Origin: Actinomycetota bacterium
Lineage (GTDB): Bacteria; Actinomycetota; UBA4738; HRBIN12
DNA: 64,000 nucleotides
Assembly: GCA_035463115.1 (NCBI GenBank)
Contig: DATHTO010000139.1
Location: 3,461-67,460 of the forward strand
Reading direction: 5' to 3'
The notes under the pieces: model-generated
Seen by the model: the letters and a program-made list of their open reading frames with translations, nothing else
Databases searched by the model: none
What the model was told of the DNA's origin: nothing
Program-made: the position numbers and the translations under genes
In this document: positions 28,836 to 37,315 of the stretch, piece after piece
Position numbering within the stretch: position 1 is the stretch's first letter
How the letters are laid out: every line of letters begins with the position of its first letter

Positions 28836-31112
28836 TCAGCGGGCCGGGACGGTGTCCTCGCTGGCGCTCTCCGGCCGGAGCCTCGCGGCGATCCCCCACT
28901 TCGTGATGAGCCAGAGCGCCTCGACGACGATCCGGCGGGAGATCTTCGAGGCGCCGTGCTCGCGCTCGCGGAACGTGATCGGGACCTCGACGACGCGGTA
29001 TCCGAGGCGCCAGGCGCGCAGGGCGAGCTCGACCTGGAAGCCGTAGCCGTCGGACACGACCGGCGTGGCGAGCAGCGTGCGCAGGACCCCGCGCCGGTAG
29101 ACCCGGTAGCCGCTGGTCGCGTCGTGGATCGGCAGACCGAGCATGAGGCGGGCGTACAGGTTGCCCGCGCGCGACAATCCCAGCCGGACACGGCTCCAGT
29201 TCGTGACCGAACCTCCTGGGACGTAGCGGCTGCCGATCACGAGACCGGCGCCCGGCGCTGCGGCGAGCAACGCCCCGAGCTCCGTCGGATCGTGCGAGAG
29301 GTCGGAATCCATCTCCACCACGAGGTCGTAGCCCTCGTCGAGCGCGATCTCGAACCCCCGGAGGTAGGCGCTCGCGAGCCCGGACCTGGCAGGACGCTCG
29401 AGCAGCCGCACCCGGGCGTCCCGGTCCGCCACCGCCCGGACCGCCTGGGCGGTCCCGTCGGGAGAGGAATCGTCCACCACGAGGATCGACACGTCGTCGG
29501 AGCGATCGAGGACCCCGTCGATCACCTGCTGGATCGTGGCCCGCTCGTCGTACGTCGGGAGGATCACGAGCGTTCTCGGGCGTTCCGGGAGCGGCTCGAG
29601 CGCGATCGCATCGGTCACCTGCCGCTTCGGGATCGACATCGCGCCCACCACCAACACCGCCGACAGCCAGGGGAACCAGTCCCCCAGGCGCGTGTACGGC
29701 GTGCGCGCGTCCGAGGTTCTGATGCGTCCCCGCAGGATATCGGTCTCGAACAGCTCGGTCCTGGACACCACGGCGCCGCTCGGATCGACGAAGGCGCTGA
29801 CCCCCGAGATCGCCGCGTTCACCACCCATCGACCGTTCTCGACGGCGCGCATCCGGCTCATCTGCAGGTGTTGCTCCGACGCCGCGGTGAAGCCGTACGA
29901 CGCGTTGTTCACGGGAACGACGAGGAACGCCGCTCCCTCGTCCACGAAGGCCCGCGTGAGCGCCGGGAAGCTGTTCTCGAAGCAGATCGGTGCGGCGATC
30001 GCGGGGAGCCCCGGCAGCGTCATCACCGCGGCCCGCTCCCCCGCCGCGCGGTCCACGGGGATCTGCTCGATCGCCTGGACCCATCCGAGCCGAGCGCGGA
30101 ACGGCACGTACTCGCCGAACGGAACGAGGTGCACCTTGTCGTACCGGTCCCGGAGATCGCCGTCGGCGTCGAAGCCGAACACGGCCGTCCGCTGGCGCCC
30201 GTCGGCGTCGTCGGAGACGGCGCCCACGAGCGCGGGCACGCCGACGTCGGCGATCGCCTCCCGGACGGCGGTCGCGGTCGAGGTGTCCCGCGCGGCCCCC
30301 GGGTCGAGCGCTCCCTCGCCCCACACGACGAGGTCGGGAGGGTCCGCCGAGAGCGACCGGTGGAGGTCGACGTGCGTCCGCGCGATCGCGAGGTCCTCGT
30401 CGGCCGACGGCAGCTCGGCGGCGGTCCGGACGTCGACCTGGACCGTCGCGACGTCGACCGATGGTCCCTCGGCTGTCGGGAACGCCACCACGACCGGTGC
30501 GATGACGAGGGCGGCGGCGACGCCCGCCGGCGCCACGGCCGCGCCGAGGCCGACGCCGCGACGTTCCCGCAGCCGCGTGGCGACCTCGAGCAGCAGGGCG
30601 TTCACCGCGACGACGACGAAGCTCAGGCCCCACACGCCGGTGATCGCCGCGAGCGGCAGCAGGACACGGTCGTCGACCTGCGACACGCCGAGCGTGCCCC
30701 AGGTGAACCCTCCGAGGGGCCACGCCCCGCGGACGAACTCGACGACGGTCCACGCTCCCGCGAGCCCGATCGCCGTCACGAGCGGTCGGTGGCGACGGGT
30801 GACCGCGACCGCCAGGACGCCGAACACCGCGACGAACCCCGCGGAGAGCAGCGTGAGCGAGGTCCACGCCAGGACGCCGAACCGGAAGATCCAGTACAGC
30901 GTCGAGCCGAAGAACGCGATCCCGAACAGCAGTCCGTAGCCCGCCGCCGCCGCCGCGCCGACGCGGCGCAGGACCCACAGCAGCGGGATCAGCCCCACGA
31001 ACGCGACCGGGTACACGGCGGCCGGCGGGAACGCCGCCGAGAGCGCCGCTCCCCCGACGACGCAGACGGCGGAGGCGAGGACCGGATGCGGCGGCCGCGC
31101 CGCGGCGCTCAC
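28836..31112 (-). CDS. ppm1: bifunctional apolipoprotein N-acyltransferase-like / polyprenol-phosphate mannose synthase (Lnt-Ppm1 fusion)
   Basis: The N-terminus is a multi-TM region plus a CN-hydrolase domain (AAPICFENSFPAL). The C-terminus is a GT2 domain (ILPTYDERATI, VVDDSSPDGT, EMDSDLSHDP, SGYRVY). GTG 31112 makes a GTGA overlap with the DUF4193 stop; the track start is 31178. Confidence 0.85.
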   Translation of the reverse strand: MSAAARPPHPVLASAVCVVGGAALSAAFPPAAVYPVAFVGLIPLLWVLRRVGAAAAAGYGLLFGIAFFGSTLYWIFRFGVLAWTSLTLLSAGFVAVFGVLAVAVTRRHRPLVTAIGLAGAWTVVEFVRGAWPLGGFTWGTLGVSQVDDRVLLPLAAITGVWGLSFVVVAVNALLLEVATRLRERRGVGLGAAVAPAGVAAALVIAPVVVAFPTAEGPSVDVATVQVDVRTAAELPSADEDLAIARTHVDLHRSLSADPPDLVVWGEGALDPGAARDTSTATAVREAIADVGVPALVGAVSDDADGRQRTAVFGFDADGDLRDRYDKVHLVPFGEYVPFRARLGWVQAIEQIPVDRAAGERAAVMTLPGLPAIAAPICFENSFPALTRAFVDEGAAFLVVPVNNASYGFTAASEQHLQMSRMRAVENGRWVVNAAISGVSAFVDPSGAVVSRTELFETDILRGRIRTSDARTPYTRLGDWFPWLSAVLVVGAMSIPKRQVTDAIALEPLPERPRTLVILPTYDERATIQQVIDGVLDRSDDVSILVVDDSSPDGTAQAVRAVADRDARVRLLERPARSGLASAYLRGFEIALDEGYDLVVEMDSDLSHDPTELGALLAAAPGAGLVIGSRYVPGGSVTNWSRVRLGLSRAGNLYARLMLGLPIHDATSGYRVYRRGVLRTLLATPVVSDGYGFQVELALRAWRLGYRVVEVPITFREREHGASKISRRIVVEALWLITKWGIAARLRPESASEDTVPAR

Positions 31113-31474
31113 GCGCAGTCGCGGCAGAGCGTGCGCTTCTTGTCCGCGAGCTGGCTCCGGTGCTTCACGAGGAAGCATCGCGTGCAGGTGAACTCGGTCG
31201 CCTGGATCGGCACGACGCGCGTGTCGATCGGCTCGAGCTTCTCGTCCTTCGTGATCGTCGCGAGGACCGCGTCGTCCTCTTCGGGCGCGTCGTCGTCGGT
31301 GTCCTCCTGCTTCTGGAGGATCTCCTGGATCGACTCCACGTCGCCGCTGACCGGTGGGTCGGTGGTTGCGGCGACGTCGTCGAGGTCGGCGGCGGTCGGC
31401 TCGGCGTCGTCGTCCTCGAGGGAGTCGTCCTCGTCGAGGGTCTCGTCGATGTCGATGTCGATCTCTTCGCTCAT
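31109..31474 (-). CDS. DUF4193 family protein (acidic N-terminus, C-terminal zinc ribbon)
   Basis: Start is the internal ATG 31474 of track ORF 31109..31690. 121 aa reading MSEEIDIDIDETLDEDD...EFTCTRCFLVKHRSQLADKKRTLCRDCA. GGAG lies upstream. Confidence 0.75.
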   Translation of the reverse strand: MSEEIDIDIDETLDEDDSLEDDDAEPTAADLDDVAATTDPPVSGDVESIQEILQKQEDTDDDAPEEDDAVLATITKDEKLEPIDTRVVPIQATEFTCTRCFLVKHRSQLADKKRTLCRDCA

Positions 31475-31514
31475 GGCTCCTGCGGGCCCTCCAGACCCGG
31501 CTCGGGCGGCGCGG

Positions 31515-31542
31515 ATTCTACTGCGGGCTCGTCCAGCTGCAA
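31515..31542 (-). promoter_or_regulatory. sigma-70-like promoter for the DUF4193-ppm1 operon
   Basis: The minus strand reads TTGCAG (31542-31537), a 16-nt spacer, then TAGAAT (31520-31515). This lies about 40 nt upstream of ATG 31474, with GGAG in the leader. Confidence 0.45.
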
Positions 31543-31664
31543 CCGCGCGTTCGTCGCCGCCGCCCTGAACGCCCGGGAGCCTGCGGGCATTCCCGCTCGG
31601 GCGGATCGCACACGCCCCCGCGGGGCCGTCGCCGGTCCTCGTCGTCGATGGCGGCCGCCACGGC

Positions 31665-31750
31665 AGAGGGGGAAAAGGATGAGGACCCAAGAGACCTTTG
31701 GGGCCGCGACGCCGGGGCGCCGCGTTCTCTACTCAGCCTCTTGGGTCCTC
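31665..31750 (-). terminator. long two-tier stem-loop plus U-tract, likely an intrinsic terminator of the RT-amidohydrolase unit
   Basis: A perfect 13-bp basal stem pairs GAGGACCCAAGAG (31681-31693) with CTCTTGGGTCCTC (31738-31750). The apical stem at 31705-31724 has 7 bp and one mismatch. On the minus strand it is followed by AUCCUUUUCCCCCUCU. It lies 117 nt after the amidohydrolase stop. Confidence 0.5.
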
Positions 31751-31866
31751 CGTGCGCCTCCGCGCGGACGCGTCGGCGCAGGGCGAACGCTAGCGGAGCG
31801 CCGCGGAGGGGGTCAAGGCCGGGCTCCGAGGAAGAACGACAAGAACGTCGGATGCCCGCACGCGGT

Positions 31867-33393
31867 TCAGACGGCCGAGACCTCGCGCCCGAGTGAGACC
31901 GTGAGGACCGGCCGCAGGCCCTCGACGGACGGCACGTCGAAGGGATCGACCTCGTACGCCGCGAGGTCGGCGTGCATCCCCGGCGCGAGCGCTCCCTTCT
32001 TGTCTTCGTGCCGCGCGAGGCGCGCTCCGCCCGTCGTGTGCAGCGCGATCGCGTCGGCGCGCGACAGGCGCTGGCGGGGGTCGTGGTGCTCCTCGAGCGC
32101 CGCGATCGCGAGCCACGGGTCGAGCGGGGTCACGGGCGAGTCGGAACCGACGCCGAGCTCGACGCCCCGCTCGACCATCGTCCGGAACGGGTTCATCGCC
32201 GACGCGCGGTGCCAGCCGAGCGCGGCGTCGTAGAGCCCGCCCGGGAACCCCCACCGGCGATCGAAGGCCGGTTGGATCGACACCGCCAGACCCAGCACGG
32301 CGGCACGCTCGACGTGCGCGACCGTCGCGAGCTCGAAGTGCTCGATCCGGTGTCGTCGAGCGCGGAAGTGACGTCGCTCGCGCGAATCCAGCGCGTGGTA
32401 CACCCGCTCCCACGCGGTGAGCACCTGGTCGATCGCGCGATCGCCGATCGCGTGGATGCCGACCTGGAGCCCCGCCGTGTGGCCATCGTGGAAGAACGCG
32501 ACGAGCTCGTCATCGTCGAAGTAGGCCGTGCCCGTTCCGGTGCCGTCGGCGTACGGGTCGGAGAGGGCGGCCGTTCTGGCGCCGATCGAACCGTCGACGG
32601 GCAGATCGCCGCCGACCGCGCCGAAGCCCTCGGAGACGGCCAGCGACACGTCCATCGTGGCGACGATCGGCGTGACGTCCAGGGGCAGCAACCGTCGGTG
32701 GCCGAGCAGGACCTCGAGGTCGCGTGCGCCGTGCCAGTGCGGCATCGACATCTCGTGCACCGTCGTGACGCCGCGCGACGCGGCGACCGCGGCCGCGGCG
32801 AGTTGGAGCTCCTCGATCGACCCACGGGTGAGCGCCTGCGCCGCCCACATCCGGAGCGCCTGGTCGGCGTGCTGCGTCAGACGACCGGTCGGATGCCCGT
32901 CGGCGTCGAGCTCCACGCCGCGGACGCCCGCGACGCCCGCGTCGTCGATCGCGGCATGGTTCGCGAGCGCCACGTGCCCGTCGGCTCGGAAGATCGCGAG
33001 CGGCCGGTGCGTCACCGCATCGAGCTCGTGGATCGATGGGAGCCGCGGATCGGGCCACGTCGTCTCGTCGAAGCCCTGGAGCCACACGACGCCCTCGCCG
33101 TCGCGGGCCCGTCCGCGTGCGATCGTGAGCAGCGCCTCACGCGAACCGGCCGACGCAACGTCGTCGTTCGCGAGCGAGAGGCCCGTGCTCGTGAGATGGA
33201 CGTGCGTGTCGACGAACCCCGGCAGGATCGTCGTTCCCGGCAGCTCGACGACCCGGTCGGCCGACGGAGGCTCGCCCGAACCCACGCGTTGCACGTGGCG
33301 TCCGTCGACGAGGACCCATCCTCCCGGCCGGGCCGCCCCGAGCGGCACGACGCGACGGGCTCGGTAGAGGGTTCGCACGGCGTCGCGCATCAT
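31867..33393 (-). CDS. metal-dependent amidohydrolase (amidohydrolase-3/YtcJ-like)
   Basis: Start is the ATGATG at 33393. It has PGFVDTHVHL (HxH), HAIGDRAID, and GSDSPVTPLDP. 508 aa. Its start overlaps the stop of the upstream RT-like gene. Confidence 0.8.
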   Translation of the reverse strand: MMRDAVRTLYRARRVVPLGAARPGGWVLVDGRHVQRVGSGEPPSADRVVELPGTTILPGFVDTHVHLTSTGLSLANDDVASAGSREALLTIARGRARDGEGVVWLQGFDETTWPDPRLPSIHELDAVTHRPLAIFRADGHVALANHAAIDDAGVAGVRGVELDADGHPTGRLTQHADQALRMWAAQALTRGSIEELQLAAAAVAASRGVTTVHEMSMPHWHGARDLEVLLGHRRLLPLDVTPIVATMDVSLAVSEGFGAVGGDLPVDGSIGARTAALSDPYADGTGTGTAYFDDDELVAFFHDGHTAGLQVGIHAIGDRAIDQVLTAWERVYHALDSRERRHFRARRHRIEHFELATVAHVERAAVLGLAVSIQPAFDRRWGFPGGLYDAALGWHRASAMNPFRTMVERGVELGVGSDSPVTPLDPWLAIAALEEHHDPRQRLSRADAIALHTTGGARLARHEDKKGALAPGMHADLAAYEVDPFDVPSVEGLRPVLTVSLGREVSAV

Positions 33394-34130
33394 GCCACGC
33401 CGTCGCCCTCGATCCGCGCAGCTCGGCCTCCGAGCGCCACGGACCGCGCCGGCGTGCCGAGGCGCACGAGGTCCCGTGCGTCGGGGAATCGGTGCGTCTT
33501 GTCCTCGCGCAACGTGAGGCCTTCGATCTCGAGCCCGCGAGCGAGGGCCGAGAGGGCCCGCTCGGCGGCCGGCATGCCGTCGGCGACGATGACCCAGTCG
33601 TCGACCCACCGGAACCACCGAACCCCGGCGCCGTCGAGGGATCGATCACCGACGCCGAGGACCGCGTTCGCGAGGATCGCCGAGGGCTCCGGTCCGATCG
33701 GCAGGCCCTCGACGCCGACGGCGGCGAGCTCGCGGAGCCACCGGACGAGGGCGTCGACCGTCGCTCGATCGACCCCGGCTCGCGCCAACGCGCGTCCGAC
33801 GGCCTCCGGCGCGATCGAGGCGTAGCACTCGGCGACGTCGGTGACGATGGCCGCCCCGCTCGTCGCGACCGTTCCGATCGAACGGCGCCAGCGCCGGCGT
33901 GCCGGCCGCCACGGCGCGAGCGTCGCCGGGTGCGCGCCCCGCGCGGCGCGGTTCGCGACGACGCGTTCGCTCAGCTCGCGCTCGACGAACGGCGTGACGC
34001 GCGCCACCAAGGACCGGAACCGCGCGTCGTCCTCGCGCGCCAGCCGGGCGAGGCGACGGGTGCCGCCCGACGCCTTCGGGACGAGGCGCCAGCTGGGCGG
34101 ACGGCTCGGACCAGGCGATCGTTCCATCAC
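33390..34130 (-). CDS. compact stand-alone reverse transcriptase-like protein (RT palm/fingers only)
   Basis: 246 aa, GC3-rich. The RT motifs appear in order: LVPKASGGTRRL (motif 1), IVTDVAECYASI (A), GLPIGPEPSAILANAVL (B), WFRWVDDWVIV (C; nt 33597-33608 read W-V-D-D), and GLTLREDKT (D/E). Start is GTG 34130 or ATG 34127, after GAGGGAGG. Confidence 0.7.
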   Translation of the reverse strand: MMERSPGPSRPPSWRLVPKASGGTRRLARLAREDDARFRSLVARVTPFVERELSERVVANRAARGAHPATLAPWRPARRRWRRSIGTVATSGAAIVTDVAECYASIAPEAVGRALARAGVDRATVDALVRWLRELAAVGVEGLPIGPEPSAILANAVLGVGDRSLDGAGVRWFRWVDDWVIVADGMPAAERALSALARGLEIEGLTLREDKTHRFPDARDLVRLGTPARSVALGGRAARIEGDGVA

Positions 34131-34136
34131 AGAACA

Positions 34137-34160
34137 CCTCCCTCGTGCTCCGGAGGGAGG
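34137..34160 (-). promoter_or_regulatory. SD-sequestering hairpin in the leader of the RT-like gene
   Basis: The minus strand reads CCTCCCTC-CGGAGCAC-GAGGGAGG-TGTTCT-GTGATG. The 8-bp stem pairs the Shine-Dalgarno (34144-34137) with an upstream anti-SD (34160-34153). Confidence 0.45.
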
Positions 34161-34261
34161 GTCGGGCCGCCGCGTATCCCATCACGCCGACCGCCCGCCG
34201 CGCGATCCCCGAGCCGGGGGAACTTCTCGTCCCCCGCTCCCCTCCCCTACGATGGGGCGCC

Positions 34262-34705
34262 ATGCTCGACGAACGCGATCTCGACATCCTCGGTGCCCTG
34301 CAGGACGACGCTCGGGCGACGTACGCCGACGTGGCCCGGCGCGTCGGGTTGTCCCCGAGCGCCGTCCACGAGCGCGTCCGCAAGCTCGAGGCGTCCGGCG
34401 TGATCCGGGGCTACCGCGCGGTGCTCGATCCGCACGCCCTCGGCCTGTTCGTCACGGCCCTGATCGCGGTGACCCCGTTCGACGCGGGCCAGGCCGACGA
34501 CCTGCCCGAGCGCGTCGCGGATTTCCCCGAGGTGGAGGACTGCTACTCGATCGCGGGCGAGGCCAGCTACGTGCTCAAGGTGCGCACGCGGACCACGGCG
34601 GACCTCGAGGACCTGATCCGTCGGCTGAGGGACAAGGCGCGCGTCTCGACGACCACGACGATCGCGCTGTCCATCCCCTTCGAGGACCGCCCGATCAGGA
34701 CCTGA
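34262..34705 (+). CDS. Lrp/AsnC family transcriptional regulator
   Basis: ATG 34262. It reads LDERDLDILGALQDDARATYADVARRVGLSPSAVHERVRKLEASGVIRGY, followed by an RAM-type C-terminal domain. TACGAT lies 8 nt upstream. It is divergent from the RT-like gene. Confidence 0.85.
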   Translation: MLDERDLDILGALQDDARATYADVARRVGLSPSAVHERVRKLEASGVIRGYRAVLDPHALGLFVTALIAVTPFDAGQADDLPERVADFPEVEDCYSIAGEASYVLKVRTRTTADLEDLIRRLRDKARVSTTTTIALSIPFEDRPIRT

Positions 34706-34760
34706 CGCGCAGGTTCGGCCTTCCCGACCGCTCGTTGCTCGCGGCTATCCTTGGGCTCCG

Positions 34761-36152
34761 ATGCGCCTGTACAACACGCTGACGCGCCAGGTCGAGGAGC
34801 TCACGCCGCTCGAGCCGGGCCACGTGACGATGTACACGTGCGGACCGACGGTCTACCGGTACGCGCACCTCGGGAACCTGCGGACGTTCCTGCTGGCCGA
34901 CCTGATCCGCCGCGCGCTGGAGTTCGAAGGGCTCCGCGTGACACAGATCATGAACATCACCGACGTCGGGCACATGGTCGACGATTCCTCCGAGTCGGCG
35001 GTCGACAAGATGCTCCTCGCCGTGGAGGACGAGGGCATGACGCCGGCCGAGATCGCCGACAAGTACACCGAGGCCGTGTTCGCCGACGCGGCGGCGCTCG
35101 GGATCCGCCCCGCCGACGCGTACCCGAAGGCGACCGATCACGTCGAGGAGATGATCGAGCTCACGCAGACCTTGATCGAGCGCGGCCACGCGTACGTCGC
35201 CGCATCGGGCTCGGTCTACTACGACGTCGAGAGCTTCCCCGCGTACGGCGCCCTGTCGGGCAACACCCTGGACCAGCTGCGGACGGGTCACCGAGAGCTC
35301 GAGGTCGACCCCTCGAAGCGACACCCCGCCGACTTCGCCCTGTGGAAGGCCGCGGGCGCCGGCCGCGTGATGAAGTGGCCCTCGCCGTGGGGCGACGGCT
35401 TCCCCGGATGGCACATCGAGTGCTCCGCGATGTCGATGAAGTACCTCGGCGAACGCTTCGACGTGCACACGGGTGGGACGGACCTCCGGTTCCCCCACCA
35501 CGAGGACGAGATCGCGCAATCCGAAGGAGCCGTCGGTCACCGCGTCGTGTCGGTGTGGGCGCACGGCGGCCACCTCCGGCTGTCCGGACACAAGATCGCG
35601 AAGTCCAGCGGCAACGTGATCCGCGTCCACGAGCTCGTCGAGCGTGGCATCGACCCGCTGTCGTTCCGGTGGCTGACGTTCCAGACGCGGTACCGCAGCG
35701 AGATGGACTTCACCTGGGAAGCGATCGAGACGGCCGACGCCCGCGTCAAGCAGATCCGCCGACGGATGGCGGGATGGGCGCCGCCGACCGAACCGGCGTC
35801 CGACGCCGCGACGACGTTCGACGCCCGGTTCCGTCGGGCGGTCGCCGACGACCTGGACCTTCCTTCCGCGGTCGTCGTGGTGAACGAGCTCGTGTCATCG
35901 GCCGCGGTGCCCGACGGCGAGAAGTACGCGCTGCTCGCGTCGTGGGATCACGTGCTGGGCCTCGACCTCGAGCGCGAGGCGACGAGCGGATGGGAGCCGA
36001 GCGCCGAGGTCCTCGCCCTCGTCGCGCGGCGTGACGCCGCTCGAGCGGACAAGGACTACGCGACCAGCGATCGGCTCCGCGACGAGCTGACGGCGATGGG
36101 GCTCGAGGTGATGGACGGCGCCGAGGGGACGTCGGTGCGCCCGGCCGGCTGA
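34761..36152 (+). CDS. cysS: cysteine--tRNA ligase
   Basis: 463 aa with [13 protein letters not shown] (HIGH), KIAKSSGN (KMSKS), WHIECS, and a full C-terminal anticodon-binding/DALR-type tail. Confidence 0.9.
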   Translation: MRLYNTLTRQVEELTPLEPGHVTMYTCGPTVYRYAHLGNLRTFLLADLIRRALEFEGLRVTQIMNITDVGHMVDDSSESAVDKMLLAVEDEGMTPAEIADKYTEAVFADAAALGIRPADAYPKATDHVEEMIELTQTLIERGHAYVAASGSVYYDVESFPAYGALSGNTLDQLRTGHRELEVDPSKRHPADFALWKAAGAGRVMKWPSPWGDGFPGWHIECSAMSMKYLGERFDVHTGGTDLRFPHHEDEIAQSEGAVGHRVVSVWAHGGHLRLSGHKIAKSSGNVIRVHELVERGIDPLSFRWLTFQTRYRSEMDFTWEAIETADARVKQIRRRMAGWAPPTEPASDAATTFDARFRRAVADDLDLPSAVVVVNELVSSAAVPDGEKYALLASWDHVLGLDLEREATSGWEPSAEVLALVARRDAARADKDYATSDRLRDELTAMGLEVMDGAEGTSVRPAG

Positions 36153-36210
36153 ACGGGCTCCTCGACGCCTCGGAAGGCGTGCCGGCCCCCCGATCGACCC
36201 GTGGTCGTGT

Positions 36211-37305
36211 TCAGCCGAGGATCTGGCGTTCGCGCGTCGAGCGGTTCAGGCGCTCGACCCCGCCGGCCGTCACCGCGACGATGTCTTCGATCCGTACCCC
36301 GAAGCGGCCGTCGAGGTAGATCCCGGGCTCGACGCTGAAGGTCATCCCCGGCACGAGGACCGTCGCGTCGCCTTCGACGGCGTACGGCGGCTCGTGCACC
36401 TCCCGGCCGATCCCGTGGCCGGTCCGGTGGATGAACCGCTCACCGAGCCCGGCGTCGTCGATGACCGCGCGGGCGGCCCGATCGACCTCCTGGATCTCGA
36501 TCCCCGGCGCGACGCTCGCGACGGCAGCCTCCTGTGCGGCGTGGACCACGTCGTAGACGGCACCGAACCCCTCGGGCTCGCGCTCGACGACGACCGTCCG
36601 GGTCGTGTCGCTGAAGTAGCCCGCGAGCTCGCCGCCGAAGTCCAGCACGACGGCATCGCCCGGCACGATCGTGCGCGATCCGGCCTCGTGATGCGGCGAG
36701 GCGCCGTTCGGTCCGCTCGCGACGATCGTGAACTCGGCGCGCGCATGTCCGTGCTCGACGAGGAGCGCCGCGAGCTCGTCCGCGATCTCCTCCTCCCGTC
36801 TCCCGGCGAAGCGCGTGTCGCAGATCCGACGGAACGTCTCGTCCGCCGCGTGCGCCGCGTCTCGCAGCGCCGTCAGTTCCTCGGCGTCCTTGACGGCCCG
36901 CAGACGCCCGAGGACGGGCGACGCCGGAGCGAACGCGAGCGCGGGCCGGACCCGCTGCAGGCCCAGCAGGTGCGCCGCCCACAGCCGGTCGCCGACGGCG
37001 ACGCGCCCGCCGTCCGGGAGCAACCTCGCGGCAGCGTGGTACGGATCCTCGCCGTCGAACCAGGCGACCAGTTCGACGTCGCCGACGGCGCCCTCCCGCG
37101 CGAGCGGCTCCTCGAGCGCCGGGACGAGCAACACCGGGTCTCGGTCGGGGCGTACGACGAGGAGCGTCGGCCGCTCGAGCGGCATCGGCTCGTAGCCGAC
37201 CAGGTAGGCGAGATCCGGCGACGGCGGCACGACGAGCGCCGCGTACCCCTGCGCCGCGGTCTCGTCGCGCACGCGCGCGAGGCGGTTGACGTGCGCCGGC
37301 GTCAT
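36211..37305 (-). CDS. M24 family Xaa-Pro dipeptidase/aminopeptidase P
   Basis: 364 aa. Metal ligand contexts include VVLDFGGELAGYFSDTTRT, HRTGHGIG, and FSVEPGIY...RIEDIV. It occupies the position of pepE near helY in mycobacteria. Confidence 0.85.
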   Translation of the reverse strand: MTPAHVNRLARVRDETAAQGYAALVVPPSPDLAYLVGYEPMPLERPTLLVVRPDRDPVLLVPALEEPLAREGAVGDVELVAWFDGEDPYHAAARLLPDGGRVAVGDRLWAAHLLGLQRVRPALAFAPASPVLGRLRAVKDAEELTALRDAAHAADETFRRICDTRFAGRREEEIADELAALLVEHGHARAEFTIVASGPNGASPHHEAGSRTIVPGDAVVLDFGGELAGYFSDTTRTVVVEREPEGFGAVYDVVHAAQEAAVASVAPGIEIQEVDRAARAVIDDAGLGERFIHRTGHGIGREVHEPPYAVEGDATVLVPGMTFSVEPGIYLDGRFGVRIEDIVAVTAGGVERLNRSTRERQILG

Positions 37306-37315
37306 GGCCCCTTCG

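Noticed and set aside
28194-31568. A 1124-aa plus-strand ORF opposite lnt-ppm1 and DUF4193.
   Set aside because: It is Arg/Pro/Gly-dominated with no motifs. The opposite strand carries clear Lnt and GT2 signatures with proper GC3 bias.
31672-31800. A purine-rich GGGGGAAAAGGATG that looks like an RBS plus ATG for a small plus-strand ORF.
   Set aside because: The downstream frame is Arg/Gly-rich with no coding bias. The purine run is better explained as the complement of the terminator U-tract on the minus strand.
33390-34130. Assigning the RT-like gene to a group II intron, retron, DGR or CRISPR-associated RT.
   Set aside because: There is no maturase/thumb or endonuclease domain and no intron domain V/VI-like RNA. 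I saw no flanking a1/a2-type inverted repeats with a G-branch context, no template/variable repeat pair or Avd gene, and no cas genes. At 246 aa it is shorter than those classes. This is by-eye inspection only, so repeats could have been missed.
34761-36152. Calling this gene mshC (the mycothiol ligase), since mshC lies near the proteasome region in M. tuberculosis.
   Set aside because: The protein is 463 aa and has the full C-terminal anticodon-binding region typical of CysRS, which MshC lacks. It is therefore called cysS.
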